64,000 bases of DNA from Lepidodermella squamata (lineage: Eukaryota > Animalia > Gastrotricha): the NCBI GenBank assembly GCA_047495785.1, contig JBLDXI010000055.1:124001-188000 (forward strand), read 5' to 3'. A model generated the notes under the pieces. The model saw only the letters and a program-made list of their open reading frames with translations. It did not search any database and was not told the DNA's origin. The first letter of the stretch is position 1. The number at the start of each line of letters is the position of its first letter. Positions 26,606-40,951 of this stretch are shown piece by piece. The position numbers and the translations under genes were made by a program.

Positions 26606-27681
26606 TTAGTTCAAATAAGCATAAATATTGTTCGATTTCGCGCAAAAAATTGCGAGCACCACTACTGGTAAACAAAAAATCGGTAAAAAGCACTGAAAAA
26701 AATTAAAACATAAATATCACAAATTTAGTAAACGAAATTCTAGAAAAGTACATAACGCTTTAGTGGCATAGAGACGCCTCTGTGAGTAAATATACAGGCA
26801 TTTAACGCTGTCTTGGCAAATAAATAGAGACATCAATTTCTGAAGTTTGGGTGTGGGTGGCCTGAGAGCACACAACGAGAGCGTGTTTCAGGGTGGATTG
26901 GCAAAATCTAAAATCTCAAGTCATAGTACAGACCCAAGCAATTTTCAGGTGCAAACTTTAGGATAACAGACGACCGTGCGTAAATGGCAGCAGCCGAGGA
27001 CAAATTACGACGTGTCGAGAGTTTGCTCAGGTAAACGTATTTTATTCACTCACGCCTTGGTATGTATTTTATATTAATGTATTACCATCAATTTCCTAGC
27101 CTGTCGACCGCCACTGTAGGAGGCGGATCAGTGTTGTTACCGGTGTAATATTATCGTAATTCGCATCTTGTATTGCGGTAAAATGTCGGCAGACAACAAT
27201 AACAATAACAAGGTAATATAGGCAAACACGGGAGCGCGCGCGCCTCGACAAATGTTTGCTTGTTTTGCGCGCCGTTGTCACCTGTACCAAATAACACGCG
27301 CACCAGTCAGTCGTCTGCTGAGGACACGCCGTTGAAATTTCTGGTATAACAACAGAACGCGGAAGGTGCTGCTATATATTATCGGCAAACGTCCAGACAT
27401 GAGATACCCAGAACCCTTTCAAACACTCTCGCCCTTTTTAACAAAAGCGGGACGCGTTCTGCACGCGCCGCCGATACGATATAATAGTATCGCAAACTTT
27501 ATTCTTTAATTTCATTCGTACATATAGTATCCATTTGGTACCGTCAAACAACGCTGTGCGGCAGCATTAAGAGTATAAAATAGGTAGGAGACAGACGCGT
27601 TTTGCAGCGCCAAACAAGAACAATAGGCACAACTAGTCGTCTTTCAGTAGTCAATTTCACCAGGAAGTTCAACGCCAGTTT

Positions 27682-29737
27682 TCATTCACCATTCAGACCG
27701 AACTTATCTGTGAATTCGTCAAAACGGGCAATTAGCTCTTTCGAAACGGTCGGTTTTGCCAACGCCAGTGCTGTTCGAAAATTGCTCATATCCGGGGGTC
27801 GGGGTGCAACGAGGTTTGGGGGTAGATTGGATACGGAACATTCAACAACATCTTCGCCAAACCCAACCTCGCACGGGGTCCAAAATCCTCTTCCTTGGTA
27901 AAAACAAATCGGCTCAAAAAGCGAAAAATATAATTCAACTTACTATTATCGAAAAACCAATGCTTTGAGGATTCAACCTCTGCTATTTTCTGGAAGAAAG
28001 CATCTTGAACGAAGGTTATAATATCATGAGGGGTGAAGCCTTCAGTGCCAGAAACAAGTTCATTGATGTCTTCATCGCTCAAATCAGCTCCAATTAGCTT
28101 AGATTGAGATTTTAGCAGATTTAGCCTTCCTTCGCTAAAAAATCCGAAAATCGTAATAAAAAAGAATAAATTCTGCACCAAGTACCTGTTGGGCAGGGGA
28201 ATGTATATCCGCTTCTGAAATCTGCGCATTATTCCAACGTCGATTTCCCAAGGTAGATTCGTAGCGCAAATAAAAGCAACAGGTGGTTCTGCGGACGAGC
28301 GTCGCTCCAGTTGTGACAATTGAACTAGGAGCTCAGTTTTCAAGCGCCGATTGTGTTCCTCTTCGGTCGACGAGCGCGATCGCGCCAAACTGTCGATTTC
28401 GTCAATGAAAATGACCTAAAAACGGTTTAGAAAGTGAGTATTGTTATGAGAAAATCTTACTGATGGAGACTTGAGGTTACTGGCGCATGCAAATAATTCT
28501 TTGATGAATTTCTCGCTTTCGCCCAGCATACAACTAACAATATCAGAGCTCGAAATTGAGAAGAAAATTGACTGCAATTCTGACGCAAGAGCTCTTGCCA
28601 GCTCGGTTTTGCCCGTACCAGGAGGTCCGTAAAGTAAAATGCGAGTCAAAGGTCTGATCGAAACCCCGGCAAAGAGGTTCGGCAAGCTTAGAGGCATAAT
28701 CAAAGATTGACGAATGATTTGCTTGGCACCATTTAAACCTGGAAAGGCCAATCCTGCAATCCTGTGAAACAGTAACAAACCAATGAAAACTTACCAACTA
28801 TTTTCCCAAACTCAGAGTCGTTGTTATCTGGAGATATTATAGTTGATTCGACCAAAAGCCGCCGTTTTTGAGTATCTGATGCAACATTAAACGCTGAGCC
28901 ATCACTGCACAAAGACAGTCCTGAATCCATGGGCGAAGCCGTCATGTCGCTTTTCGCTTCAGAGAGTGTCATGTATGCAGTATTCAGTTCCTTGAGCAAT
29001 TCGATCATCATATTGTGCAAAGCATCCAATGCGTTCCGATACATGGCCAGCTAAAAACGGAATTATGGCAAACATCAAGTGTGTGATAATGAAAACCTTG
29101 TTTATAATGATTGAGGTTGCGTTGTTCATGCTATCAAGAGTAACTCGATCAAGAGTTTCGCTGAGTTGCAAGAATGTTTCGGCTCTCTTGGCGTCTAGCT
29201 CATGTTGATCGATTTCGATAGAGCCAGAAAGGGACAGCATGTGCACCAATACTTCGCTAACTTCGTTCAAGCTAAAATTAAAACAATGATTAATAAAAAC
29301 CACGAGGGGAAAGTATGGGTGACAACCTCTCTATCAATCTATCAATATTGGGGCAAGCAGCTCCCGATGCCATTGACACAGTCTTAGTAAATACCTAATG
29401 AAAAGGACGAATGACTCTAATTGTTAATCTCAATCAAAACAAGTTTAGCGTTGAATCAACAGCTGATCAAAGTTTACAGTCATCCTATTTGTGTTGTTGT
29501 ATTTCATTCAGGTTTCTGCTGCAGCTTATGGAGCAATATATCGCTGTCAGCTTCGATCTTTTTCAGTGATTCTCGAGTTTTGGCGTCAAAGACAGCAACA
29601 ACTTCGTAGCGGGCACAAGCGGCTCGAAGGCGCAAAGTTTGAAGCTTGTCGAGTAGGTCATGCGCATCGTTCATCACGGTGTCAAGGGATTGGACAGTTC
29701 CAAGAAAGAAAGGATCGTCCTCCATTGATGAAGCCAT
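27682..29737 (-). CDS. VPS4-like AAA+ ATPase with divergent N-terminus; multi-exon
   Basis: Walker A GPPGTGKT, Walker B IFIDEIDSL, RLKTELLVQL, ATNLPWEID..RRFQKRIYIPLP, and a Vps4_C-like tail WTPC...KPTVSKELIARFDEFTDKFG. Confidence 0.8.
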
Positions 29738-30066
29738 TGTGCAGTACCCTGAAGTATCAGAACTAACTAATATTTCCCTATAATTCAAACATTTTAAAAT
29801 ACGGCAATGCCTAACGGCAATCCTCAAGCCAAAAGCCAATTCATCTAAAATTGCGCAAAGAGAGATAAAAGATGAAAATTCCACAGGTATTCCACTCGCA
29901 ATAAACTCTCGTTTCAATTTTCATTTATCTGTTTGATTTTCGATGTTATAATCAAGGATCTGAGCTTCGAACAAATTCTATTAAGGAACTCTTGACTCTT
30001 GACAGCTCCTGGTTCCTTGGTTCTTGGTTTAAACGAACCCTTTCTGCCAACCCTCCTAAAACTTTG

Positions 30067-30125
30067 GGATGGATGGATGGATGGATGTTAGACCCTGACA
30101 CCATTTCTGGTGATTTAACAGGGCT
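30067..30125 (-). repeat. (GGAT)n microsatellite next to a stem-loop; possible 3' tail of a non-LTR retroposon
   Basis: GGATGGATGGATGGATGGATG is directly followed by CCCTG-ACACCA-TTTC-TGGTG-ATTTAA-CAGGG. Confidence 0.4.
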
Positions 30126-30588
30126 TGGGATGATAAGTTATGCCTGTCACCGATAATTCGATGTTAGGCGCAGAGATGGCACAATGGCACTTGGGGATCC
30201 CCCAAGCTGAGAGATACATTTTTAAAAATACCGCCAATTAAAATAACTTATCACATTTTTGTAGATATGTCTGCTATGTTTATTTGTTATTAAATTATGT
30301 TTAAAATATGTGAAATATTTGGCGCGTTTTCAAAGGTCAGTTAGCGCTGCGCGAACCAAGATGAAAGTCCAGCGTTTTTTCCTTTTGCCGTTGTCTCTGA
30401 ATCTCAGATCATCCTCCTTTCCTCATGCTGCACGCTGATCGCGGCTGTGTAAATCTTTGGAATAATATATTTCACTTCATGTCAGTCATTATGTTTAGTA
30501 AATATGGACAGGCAAAGTCTCAAGTCTTTGGACATAAAACTCCTTAACTCTGGACATATGCGGTTATACCCTGGTTACCAAGCATAAT

Positions 30589-30609
30589 CTCCCACCCCCC
30601 CCCCCCCCC
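30589..30609. repeat. Poly(C) tract
   Basis: About 15 consecutive C in a C-rich context. Confidence 0.8.
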
Positions 30610-31352
30610 ACCTACTGTCTTTTCGCGTTCGAAAAATTCTATTTTAATTTAGCGCTCTTTCGTAGTGCTTAGCTTTGATCTGGGCGATGCTCTTGTCTCT
30701 TGTCATGAAGATATTTCCGATTTTTGCTAAGAAAGCTTTTACACTGGCAATAATGCAAGATTCATGGCTGTCTTCTGATTGATGTCAAGACAATCAATGA
30801 ATTTTTCAATTGTAGCAAGACAAATTGTAATTGGCTAATTCATTTTCTTTTTTTGTACCTCCGATCAGCTTTATTTTTCAGATCATGGCCGATGTAGAGA
30901 AATTTATGTGGGTGAAGTTTTACATTGAGTTGAATTTAACATAATTTTAAAACTTCGCTAGTATGCAAACTTGAGTTTATAAATTCTGCCCGATCCGAAA
31001 TATGCTTAATTGGTCAAGAGCATTCATACATCAGAAGAAACGAATGATAAAAATCCTTACTATTAGCTTAGTTAACAATGAACGAAACTACTATGAACAA
31101 TATACTGGAATAAGCAAACCATAATAGCGCCGTCAAATGATCATAGAAAAACAAAAAACCTATAGCTAGTGTTACTTGAGAGCGTCATTGACGACCATGC
31201 GAATATAACCATTTACATTCTTATCTTATTCTAAATACGTGGCCAATATAATCGGGAGTTGATATTCATTCAACATCCATATATTTTTTCTAATTTTACG
31301 TTCTCATAAATATACGTTCAAGTTTGCGTTTTTTTATAGTTTTGCTGCAGAA

Positions 31353-32807
31353 ATGATTTACCTGCAAAAAATATTTGCTCGGCTACTTACGGTGATCTTT
31401 GTCATCAATATGCTGACGACTTCCGCGTTGTTTGTCATGCTCATGTTTTTCGGGCAATTTGTTTTATCAAAACGAGCTTCTCAAATTTTAAGTTGCCGTG
31501 TTGCGTGGATGATGGGCAATCGTGAGATCAACTTTTTTGTATGCATTCAAATACTTAATTTCCCATTCCAGTCATGGTTTTCATTGGAGGCTGGCTTGGA
31601 AACGCCAAGCTCATCTTGTACGGTAAAGCTTCTGATTACAAGCGATTTAGCGAAGGAAATTATATCGTCAACATGAACCATCGATACGAGTGAGCTCAAT
31701 GCTTTTTCTGAATGCTACGGATTAATAATATCGTCTAATTGTAGACTTGATTTCTTCTCAGCTTGGTACATGGGAGCTGTCACTGATATTCTAATAGTAA
31801 TTTTCTAATCTATCATTTTTCTGATCAAATCAATGTCATTTCACAGGGGGCCAAAGTTTGCCTGAAAGAGGAACTTCGTCGTGTCCCCATCCTCGGAAAA
31901 GTTTGGGAAGGAATGGGATTCATATATCTTCAACGAGATTGGACGAAGGATAAATTGAACTTGGAAAGATACTGCTCCGTGCTGAATGATTATGTCTACA
32001 AATACGTGGTGCTCATATTCTGTGAGGGTACCAGGTTTACAGAGGCCAAACTTGCGAGCAGCAACGAATTTGCAAAACAGCATGGCATCAAAGAGCTGAA
32101 AAATCACTTGGTTCCTCGCACACGAGGCTTTCTTCACATTTTGCGGTCTCTTCGCCCGTCCTTGAACGGTTTCTACGATATCACAATGCGTCTGGAAGGA
32201 GCTAAGGCTTCTTTGCTGAATTTGATGCTCGGAAAAGAGATGACCATACACTGCCATGCGAGGTAATATTAGTGCCATTTCTTATTTGATAACCGATGAC
32301 AAATATAATTATGTGAAGGACTTTCGAAATCGGCGAAATTCCCGATGACGACGAGAAGTGCACCAAATGGCTCTACAAATTGTATGAAGAAAAAGTAATA
32401 GCGATTCTTTTCCCCACTTCTTAGGCTGAGGTTACTGATTTTTTCTAGGACGAGCTTGTTGACAGTTTCCTGAAGAACGGCTATTTTCCTGGAGAAAAAA
32501 TGCCTAGGGACCCGCCATTTTCTGGGCTGGTGCTTTCTCTATGTTTCCTCTTTTTCTACACGCTGCCAGTCTTGTACGCCATTCTGTCTGCCATCCTTAG
32601 CCTTCCGACAACAGCGCTGTACGTCACGGCGGCTGGCCTATCAATTAGTAATTTTGATTTGTTGAATTATTTAGTTTTAATAATTTGGAAATTCCAGCCG
32701 TTTCCCTGGTTTGCTACAAGATTTACGGTTACAGCAGACTGAGTAAAGCTTCAAGTTACGGCCTGAGTTCACCGCCGAAAAAAGCCGAGCAGACGAAAAG
32801 TCAATGA
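31353..32807 (+). CDS. 1-acyl-sn-glycerol-3-phosphate acyltransferase (AGPAT3/4-like); multi-exon
   Basis: NHRYE|LD motif I, LKEELRRVPILG, FIYLQRDW, FCEGTRFT, LVPRTRGF, C-terminal TM helices and SKASSYG. Confidence 0.85.
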
Positions 32808-33500
32808 GTCCTATATTGGTCCTGCACCATACGGGAAATCAACGAGAGACAACAGTAGATGATTCTCTTTTACACATGTGCATCACTCCATTTAGAAAAT
32901 TCATCTTTTGAGCTTGTATATTTAATTATATGAATTCGTGATACATTGTCTATTATGGTTTCGGGTACAAATCAATTAACTGCTCTTCAAATTTATGCTG
33001 ATATAAAATCCACAGTCTTGGCAACTCCATATTGCTTCATTCGAGAAATTATGTGTCAATTGCTTATGCATTAATTGTTTTTGTTGTGCCTTGAAATGCG
33101 CTGGAATCGAGTCAGCTTTTTGTTGTTTCCCCATAATGTTATCAAAGTATTTTTTCGGAGAAGAGAATTAATAATCTCGACAAATGAGGGACGATTTATT
33201 TAAGAACTACTTACTCGACACTACACACTGTGCCGATTGTGTCGACAGGCAAACGTCGGTAAATTAATAAAAAGCGAGAGATTTGATATTTGTTATTGCC
33301 ATTAATTTATTCACCACAACATACGCGAGAAGACGGTCAAAACGGTTTGGAAAGAATAACGGAAGCTACTGGTAAATTTCACAAAAAAATCATCACAGGT
33401 GAGTTGTCAAGAGTGAAAAAATATAAAAAATAAAATTTCCGCAAATACGGCCCAACAGTCACAGAGGTGAAAATTAGTTTTGTGTCCGCGATGCAAGTGT

Positions 33501-36500
33501 TTACAATCTCGGCGAAGGGGCGCCGAGTTTCGCGTCAATATACGGAGCAATTACCGCCATGAAGCGTGCCTTCGACTGCTGCTCAGGAAACACTACCAGC
33601 CATTTGTACTGATTCGATCGATATTCAACCGCGCTGTTAATGTCTAAACGAAGGAATTGAAGTTGTTTGGCGTATATTTAGTATTGAGGTTATTACTCAC
33701 ACTTGGTGTCAGGCAAATCTATTTGCACTATATCTCGTGTTGGGACGCAATTTGAATAATAAAATGCCACGTCCGCTTCTCGCACGTAGGGTCTGTGAGT
33801 TGCGCGGCGTTTTGCTACGACTGAAAAAGCCAAGAAGGTTATCTAGAATATATTACATGGCAAAGGTATTGTTTACCCAAGCAATCAGAGAACAAGAAAA
33901 ATCCTATTTCGTCAACAGCTTCGAATAACTGCATAGTAAAAGGGAGATTGCGGCCTGTTGCTGGTCGCATTAGCGTTAGATCTTGACGGCAAACAAAGCG
34001 CCGCTCGCCGGCCGATCCTGAGTCGATGACGAACGGACAGTCACGCAGTAAGCTCAGATCTGAAGACGCCTCGTCGTACTTCGGCAAGGGTGTGGTGTAC
34101 GAAGACGTGGAGCCAACATCATCCACGAGAGAGACAAGTTCAAGACTTCGAAAGGATGATTCCAGCAATAAGGGTTTTGAACTTCTGGTGTGATTGGCTG
34201 CTCTCTCCTAAAATAATATAAAGCATCGTTTATGGTTCATGTTTACCTTGATACATTATTATATTCCAATATATTTATGGAACCTAATTTGCGTAATTCG
34301 TCGATACTTACAGAAACTAGAGCACAGTATTGAGTTATCAATTTCCTTGCTTCGCGCAGCCCAGACAGGTCGATGTGATCTTGGCCGGTATGAGCGCATA
34401 TCCTCTTGAAATGCGAGCGGTACGCCGCTAATTGGTCGAATGGAAGAGCAAAGACTTCGGCCATACTAGATTATTTAGTAGAATAATCCATTAATCATGC
34501 ACGCGTGTAATTTTATACGATTACCTGAGCATGCGAATGGGAAGAGTACGTTCGTTTCTTGCCAAAAATGAGCGGAAAAGACGCTGCTCATCACAGCAGC
34601 GGTCGAGAGTTTCCAACGAAACAGGGTAGTTATTCATGTAAGAAAGGAAGACATTCCAACGACCGCAAACAAAAGTCAAAATAACATCGCTAATTTGACC
34701 CTCGACATCGACCCAATTTTCCAATCGGGATTCGAGGGCTTGTAGAAAATCGCTGCAGGATAAATTCAACGTAAATTAAACGCCACTTTTGAGAGCAATG
34801 AAAATCCTCACTTGCTAAGGTCGAGAAGTTGCATCAGATCGCTAAACATGCATTTAATGTTGTTGGTTGAAAGAATAGCTCGCTCCTGAAAAACGGCATG
34901 ATTTAGCGGATAGACGAATGCTGTTTGAACTCCGGTCAATATCTTGTTGTAACGCGATTCGCACTCAAATAAATCTCGAACGGCAATCAGACGTCTATCA
35001 GTATCAGTAAAAAGAACCGAATAAACCTGAAAAGGTTCAAGTAGATGAAAAATCATGAACGGTACTTATTAGTTAACAAACCATTCTTGCATCGCTTTGC
35101 CGCGGTCGCTTACGTTTCGGATAATCCAACGCCATTCTCTTTCGTTCAATAGTCCAGGTGACGTCGATTTTTGCGGGAACAACCTCATTTCCATCTTCGA
35201 CAGCATCCAGCGGTCTTATCCCACTTGAGCTATCGAGAGGATAATCGTCTTTGGATGAACTATCACTCTTTCCAGATGACATTCCACTGCTCGAATTGGA
35301 ATCGCCATCCCCAACTTTTTCTGTAAATCTAATGACCTCGTCAGGCTCTTGCAACAGAAGGCTGTCGCCTGAAGATGTGGAACTTTTCGGCGATTTCTGT
35401 TGGTTTTCAGGTATTTTCTCGTGAACAGTGTTATCTTCATGGGGCGCCAAAGCTTCAGTCACAGCATCTGTCGCATCGGTCGCAGCATTCACGTCGGTTT
35501 CTGGTTCTACGACCTTGGGGTTTGGCGGCTTTTCAACTACCTCTTTTTCTGCAACCGAAGTTGCTACGTTAGGTAAATACATTGAAGTCGTCTGAATGAT
35601 TTTGTTTAGCAATGGCTTCTTGATAGATTGGCTAGATTTATCTTCTTTAGGTGCCTGCAGTTTTTCGCGAATACTGTAACCAGCGTTTTCCAACAATTTT
35701 GAAGCGACTGCGACAGCGGGCTGTTGAATCTATCCAAATAGTTATACATGCGATAAAAAAAGAATCAAGAATGCTAATTTCTTCATACCTGTACCATCCG
35801 CCATTCTAAAGTTTCATCGTCGTCCTCGTCAATAAAACCATGTGCATGTTCTCTGGCGACGTCAATAATGGCATGAGCAACGTCCGGCCAAATTGACATC
35901 GCGTATGAAAATTGTGCACCTTGAAACTCGTCGAACGCAACTTGGCCAATTAAACGATCAAGTAGACAAGACTCCGTGCGATACTCAAACGCCCGTGTGA
36001 GGGTTCGACGAACCTAGGAAAAATTACCCGTTGAAAGCAAATTTCGGCGTGTTTCTACAACAGACCTTTCCCATTGAGCGATGTAACACTCTGTAGGTGC
36101 GAATCCAAAATTCCAATCGATTGTCATCAAAATATAATTTTGGTGGTATTGTTTCTGTCAAATGGCTCAATGTAATTCGGTTTCGAGGTGACTGCCGCGC
36201 GGTATATTTGCTACCGGCTTCTGGCCGCTCAAGCAATCCGATGGAAGCTCTGGTGACGATCCAATCGCTATTACCGAAAACTGCAAAATAACGCGAGAAT
36301 TCTAAGTATTATTTCGACCCAGGCGTGAAAAATTACGATATTCGTAATCTCCTCGAACAGTTTGAGGACAATGAAAGACTATTCCAGTAGATGAATTCAA
36401 TTGAACGAGTAGTTGAGCACCTTCAGCGTGCATTAATAAAGGTGCGAAAATGTCAACATGACCGTCTCCGCCTGGTAACAAAGTAACATTGTCAATGTCC

Positions 36501-38452
36501 AAATGCAAGATTTCCCAACTTACCACTTGCTCTCGGCAGAAGATATGTTCCCAACGAGCAAAAGAATGTTCGAGCTGGATCTGATGGATTATCGAGACAT
36601 GACGGATTAACATAGCAATCCGCTGTTAGGGGAAACCCATTTTGAAGGATTGACTCGGTTTGTGAGGGAACAATGCCAATTGATCTGTAATAGATAAACG
36701 TAGTTCAGTTAAGTTGACATTTATTTATAGTAAAAGCATCAAACCTTGCCATTCGATGACCAAGTAATGACGATATCTGTTGAGTCAGCGAAGCTGGAGT
36801 TGAGCCCTGATAATCATATACAATTGCTTCTACTGCAGACCATGAAACTGCAATAGCCAAAAGCTCGGCGGCAGGAACATGGTTAGAAATGAACAGTACT
36901 CGAGGGTTCGCGCTGGCTGGAATCGTATGACCCAGCCAAGCGGGATAAGAAGCAGGAAATACGATCGGCTGAATAGTTTCAGGAGGCCTCATGGACTTTA
37001 GACCGTAACCCGAATAATAATCGACTCTGTATGCAGAACAAAGAGCATGGGTTTGCCTACTGAATAATATAATTTTAAACTGAGTGCTCACATCTTCTGA
37101 ATAGCCAATGAACACTTATTTCCCGGCGGATAGCAAGATTGCAACGTCAAATGTTGCTTCCTTTGTTCTAGAACATTCTCGACGGCCAACGCTTCTTGCA
37201 ATGAGCCAGGAGTAGAGCTTAAACCGACTTCCTGAAAAGTGTCAATCATCGTGAAAATAAACCTTGAATAGAATAAAACGTTACCGATAATAATTTCTTA
37301 CGGTCCCTCAGTACAAGGCTCGTTTGCTCAACAGTTCCTGTCACCCAGACCTCATCGTCTCGTGAAGTATGAAGCCCGGCAGAATCGTCATAAATTAGTG
37401 AGGATCCACCCGTCAAACTTAAACGCGGGACAACGTTACCTGCATAGCAAGAATGCAAACATCTCTCATCATTCTCAAATATGGAGCCCTTACTTGTTTG
37501 ATGCATCACTCTAGCAGGCATCGGTGTATGATTAGAGTCAAAGCGGCTAAATAATAGAGGATGGAAGTCGCCAATATCTGGAGTCTAAGTTGGAAATAGC
37601 TACCAATATTAGATAGGAAACAATCAACTTAAGCAAACTTACGGCCAAGCCAAGATCTCGCAGCTGAGAGAAATTTTTGGCGAAATAGCGCTTCCATGCG
37701 CCATGCTCATTCTCAGACGGAAAAAATGGAAGCTGCCAGCCTGTTAATATATTCAAAGCGTGAAATAATGAGAAGCTAAATTTCCACCAGACTAAACTAA
37801 CCCAACTTCATACATCTGTTGATCCACAGCACATCCTGCTCGACAATAAATTTCCATCTCCAGCATACTAAAGCTGCGTTTGCTAAGCTTCGAGTATCCA
37901 GGAAAGAAAATATATAAAGGGACAGGAACCTCGGAAGCATGGTAGTAAAATCCAGAGACCAGATCGGTATGTTGTCTTGAAACCAGTTCACAACATGAAC
38001 CAGCTGGCGGTAACTGGCCCGGGGCATTACTGATAACAAGAAATTTATTTTCTGCTCGTGACTCCAATCATCAAACTGGATAAAACAGTACAAAATATAG
38101 ACAAACGATGAAATTGGGGAGAGAAAAACGATACCATGTTGAGCGCTATTTCTTTCTGCTGATAGTAAACCTGTAGCAAAAAAAGTATTGCATGAGCATG
38201 TAAACACAACAACAACAGATTAATTGCTTTAAAACCATGTTGATGCATGTTGCTACATATAATCATTTGAGCCTCCGCAATGCACGAATGTTAGCTGTAC
38301 AAAATACTCACATTCATTATTTGGGTGGAAATGACATTTCGTCCGTTGGCTAGAGTCTTATCTGATCTGGCAATAGATCTGGCAGAGGTAGGTAATGTCC
38401 GCAAGCTACGAGCTGACAATGGCGTGGTGGTAGTAGCAAGTCTTGATTCCAT
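33501..38452 (-). CDS. ECT2L: ECT2-like protein (F-box, middle domain, RhoGEF DH-PH); many exons
   Basis: FDDWSHEQKINFL..DFTTMLPRFLSLYIFSFLD..WKFIVEQDVLW..ENEHGAWKRY; PRVLFISNHVPAAELL; DH start RRLIAVRDLFECESRY; PH-like RRFVCRQDL..FFLFSDCL. Confidence 0.85.
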
Positions 38453-38742
38453 TTCACGAGAATAGAAAGCCGAGTATGCACCAATTTTAAAGAAGCGTGC
38501 ATGAGCGGGGACTGACAATTTTTTTAATGGAACACCGCACTCGTAACTAACCACGCTCCTGAGAATATTGTATGTATAATATTATAAAATTATACTTGAA
38601 TTTGCTGTTTGTTATTTATATTTTACAAGTCGGAAGCAAATAGCATCGTATTTTTGTGATCGTCGGTGGTCTGGGTGGTCTCGATCTAAGGGTCTTCGGA
38701 TTCCATCTGACTGGATCGTAACTTCCCTACCTGCGTAAAAGA
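38453..38742. promoter_or_regulatory. Probable bidirectional promoter between ECT2L and CDK5RAP1
   Basis: The head-to-head start codons are only about 290 bp apart, with an AT-rich core. Confidence 0.5.
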
Positions 38743-40894
38743 ATGCGATCCGCGCTTTATAATGGGAATTTTGGACGCGTTGCTTCTGCAATAACTAATG
38801 CTATTCGCCTGAAATCCCGAAGCTCTGTTGTTGTCGAAAAGGGAACAGTGCCGGACCTGAAAACATTCATGTCCCGAACAAGAGCTGTACCCAGTGATTT
38901 GCATAGTAACGATCCCCATTACAGCGGCTTATCATTCGATGGAGCTGGTTCGAAAGGTTAGTCCTTAAAGTTAACCGAATGTGAAGAGGTGGCATTAAGA
39001 TTCGTTGTGTTTTGCGCTTCAGTGTTTCTGGAAATATTTGGATGCCAAATGAATACTAACGATGGAGAAATAGTGCGCTCAATATTGTCTAAAAATGGTT
39101 ATGAGTTCTGCAATGACGTGGACAAGGTATGTTAATTTGCAAGTGCGTATAATTATGCCTTCTAATTATATAATCTAATGCTTTGAGCTCAGGCCGACGT
39201 TGCGCTGCTAATGACATGTTCTATACGCGAAGGAGCAGAGCAAAAAATCTGGCGACGTCTGAAAGATTATCAATACTTAAAGTCTAGACGCCGGTCGTCA
39301 GGATCATTGAAGCCAGTTAAAATTGGGATACTGGGATGTATGGCCGAGAGATTGAAGGAAAAGGTGCTAGAGAAGGACAAAAGTGTCGATGTCGTTTGTG
39401 GGCCTGATGCTTATCGTGACCTGCCTCGCCTTTTAGCTTTGACGAATTCAGATCATACTGCTGGTAAAATTATTGCAATCAAGCTTATTCAATGAGTTTA
39501 CATTTATGCTCTACTGTAGTTAATGTATTGTTATCTTTGGAAGAAACTTACGCAGACGTTACCCCAGTTCGAGCAGACCCTGGATCTCCAACTGCATTCG
39601 TGTATGTTATTTCAGCTATGTGTTTTTTTAGTTTTATGGTTCTCACTAAATCATTGCAGATCGATTCAACGCGGCTGCGATAACATGTGCAGTTTTTGTG
39701 TCGTTCCGTTCACTCGAGGTCGAGAACGCAGTCGGCCAGTTGAAACTATTTTATCTGAGATTCGTCAGCTTATTTCTGAGGTATGCTACTTTCAGTGTAT
39801 GTTATGTTTCTATTGACAGTAATGTTTCCATAGGGCGTTCGTGAAGTCACACTTCTTGGTCAGAACGTGAACAGTTATCAAGATCTATCAGTGACTAATG
39901 AAATTTCACAGTCGAGTGATGATGTCGATCGAAAAAATCCTGGTTTTAAAACCATTTACAAACACGCCAAAAGTGGCGGTCGTTCTTTCGCGGAATTACT
40001 CGACCTATCTGCGCAGCTTAACCCTGAAGTCCGCATACGTTTCACATCTCCTCATCCGAAAGATTTTACAGATGACGTCCTGAATGTCATGAGTAAACAT
40101 CCGAATATTTGCAAGCATATTCATTTGCCCGCTCAAAGTGGCAACTCTGCTGTTTTGCAAGCCATGCGCAGAGGCTATACTCGCGAAGCATATCTTGACC
40201 TTGTCGACAGAATTCGTGCGATATTACCCGAAGTGTCTTTGAGCAGCGACTTCATCGCCGGATTTTGCGGCGAAACCGAAGAAGCCCATCAAGAGACAGT
40301 CGATTTGATCAACCGGGTCAAATACAATTTTGCTTTTTGCTTCCCATACAGCATGCGACAGAAAACACACGCGTTTCATCGATTGAAAGATGACGTTCCC
40401 GAAGACGTAAAATCTCGTAGGCATATGGAGCTTTGCGACGCATTTCGCAAGAATGCCCTTGAATTGAATGAGAGGCAAATCGGACGATACCACCTCGTGC
40501 TCGTAGAAGGGGTATAAATTATTTAACAAAACGTATATTTGAAAGTATTCCCTTATTATTGTATAGGCTAGCCGTCGGAGTGACGTTGATCTAGTCGGAA
40601 GAAGTGACAATAACACGAAAGTAATTTTTCCGAAGAAAGCTTTAGTTGATCAACGCCCAAATGCCCCAAGCGGGGTTCTAGCAGAACCAAAAGTTGGCGA
40701 CTACGTCGTTGTTGAGGTGGTTATCTATAATTCGTAATTTTTTGCTTTGACTTGATTGCTGTTTTCTTCAGATTTGCGGTGCGAGTAGTCAAACTTTTCG
40801 AGGCGAGCCAAAGTTTGTTTCTTCTATCACCGATTTCGAGAAATGGAAATCGGATGTGCGTGGCGAAGTACTAACCGAATGTGCCAAAATATAA
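38743..40894 (+). CDS. CDK5RAP1: Mitochondrial tRNA methylthiotransferase (MiaB-type radical SAM); multi-exon
   Basis: [55 protein letters not shown] (CxxxCxxC), [12 protein letters not shown], and a TRAM domain. Confidence 0.95.
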
Positions 40895-40951
40895 ACTTTT
40901 GATACCATCCTAACTTCCGTTAATGATTTGATATAGAGATTATAAATTGAA

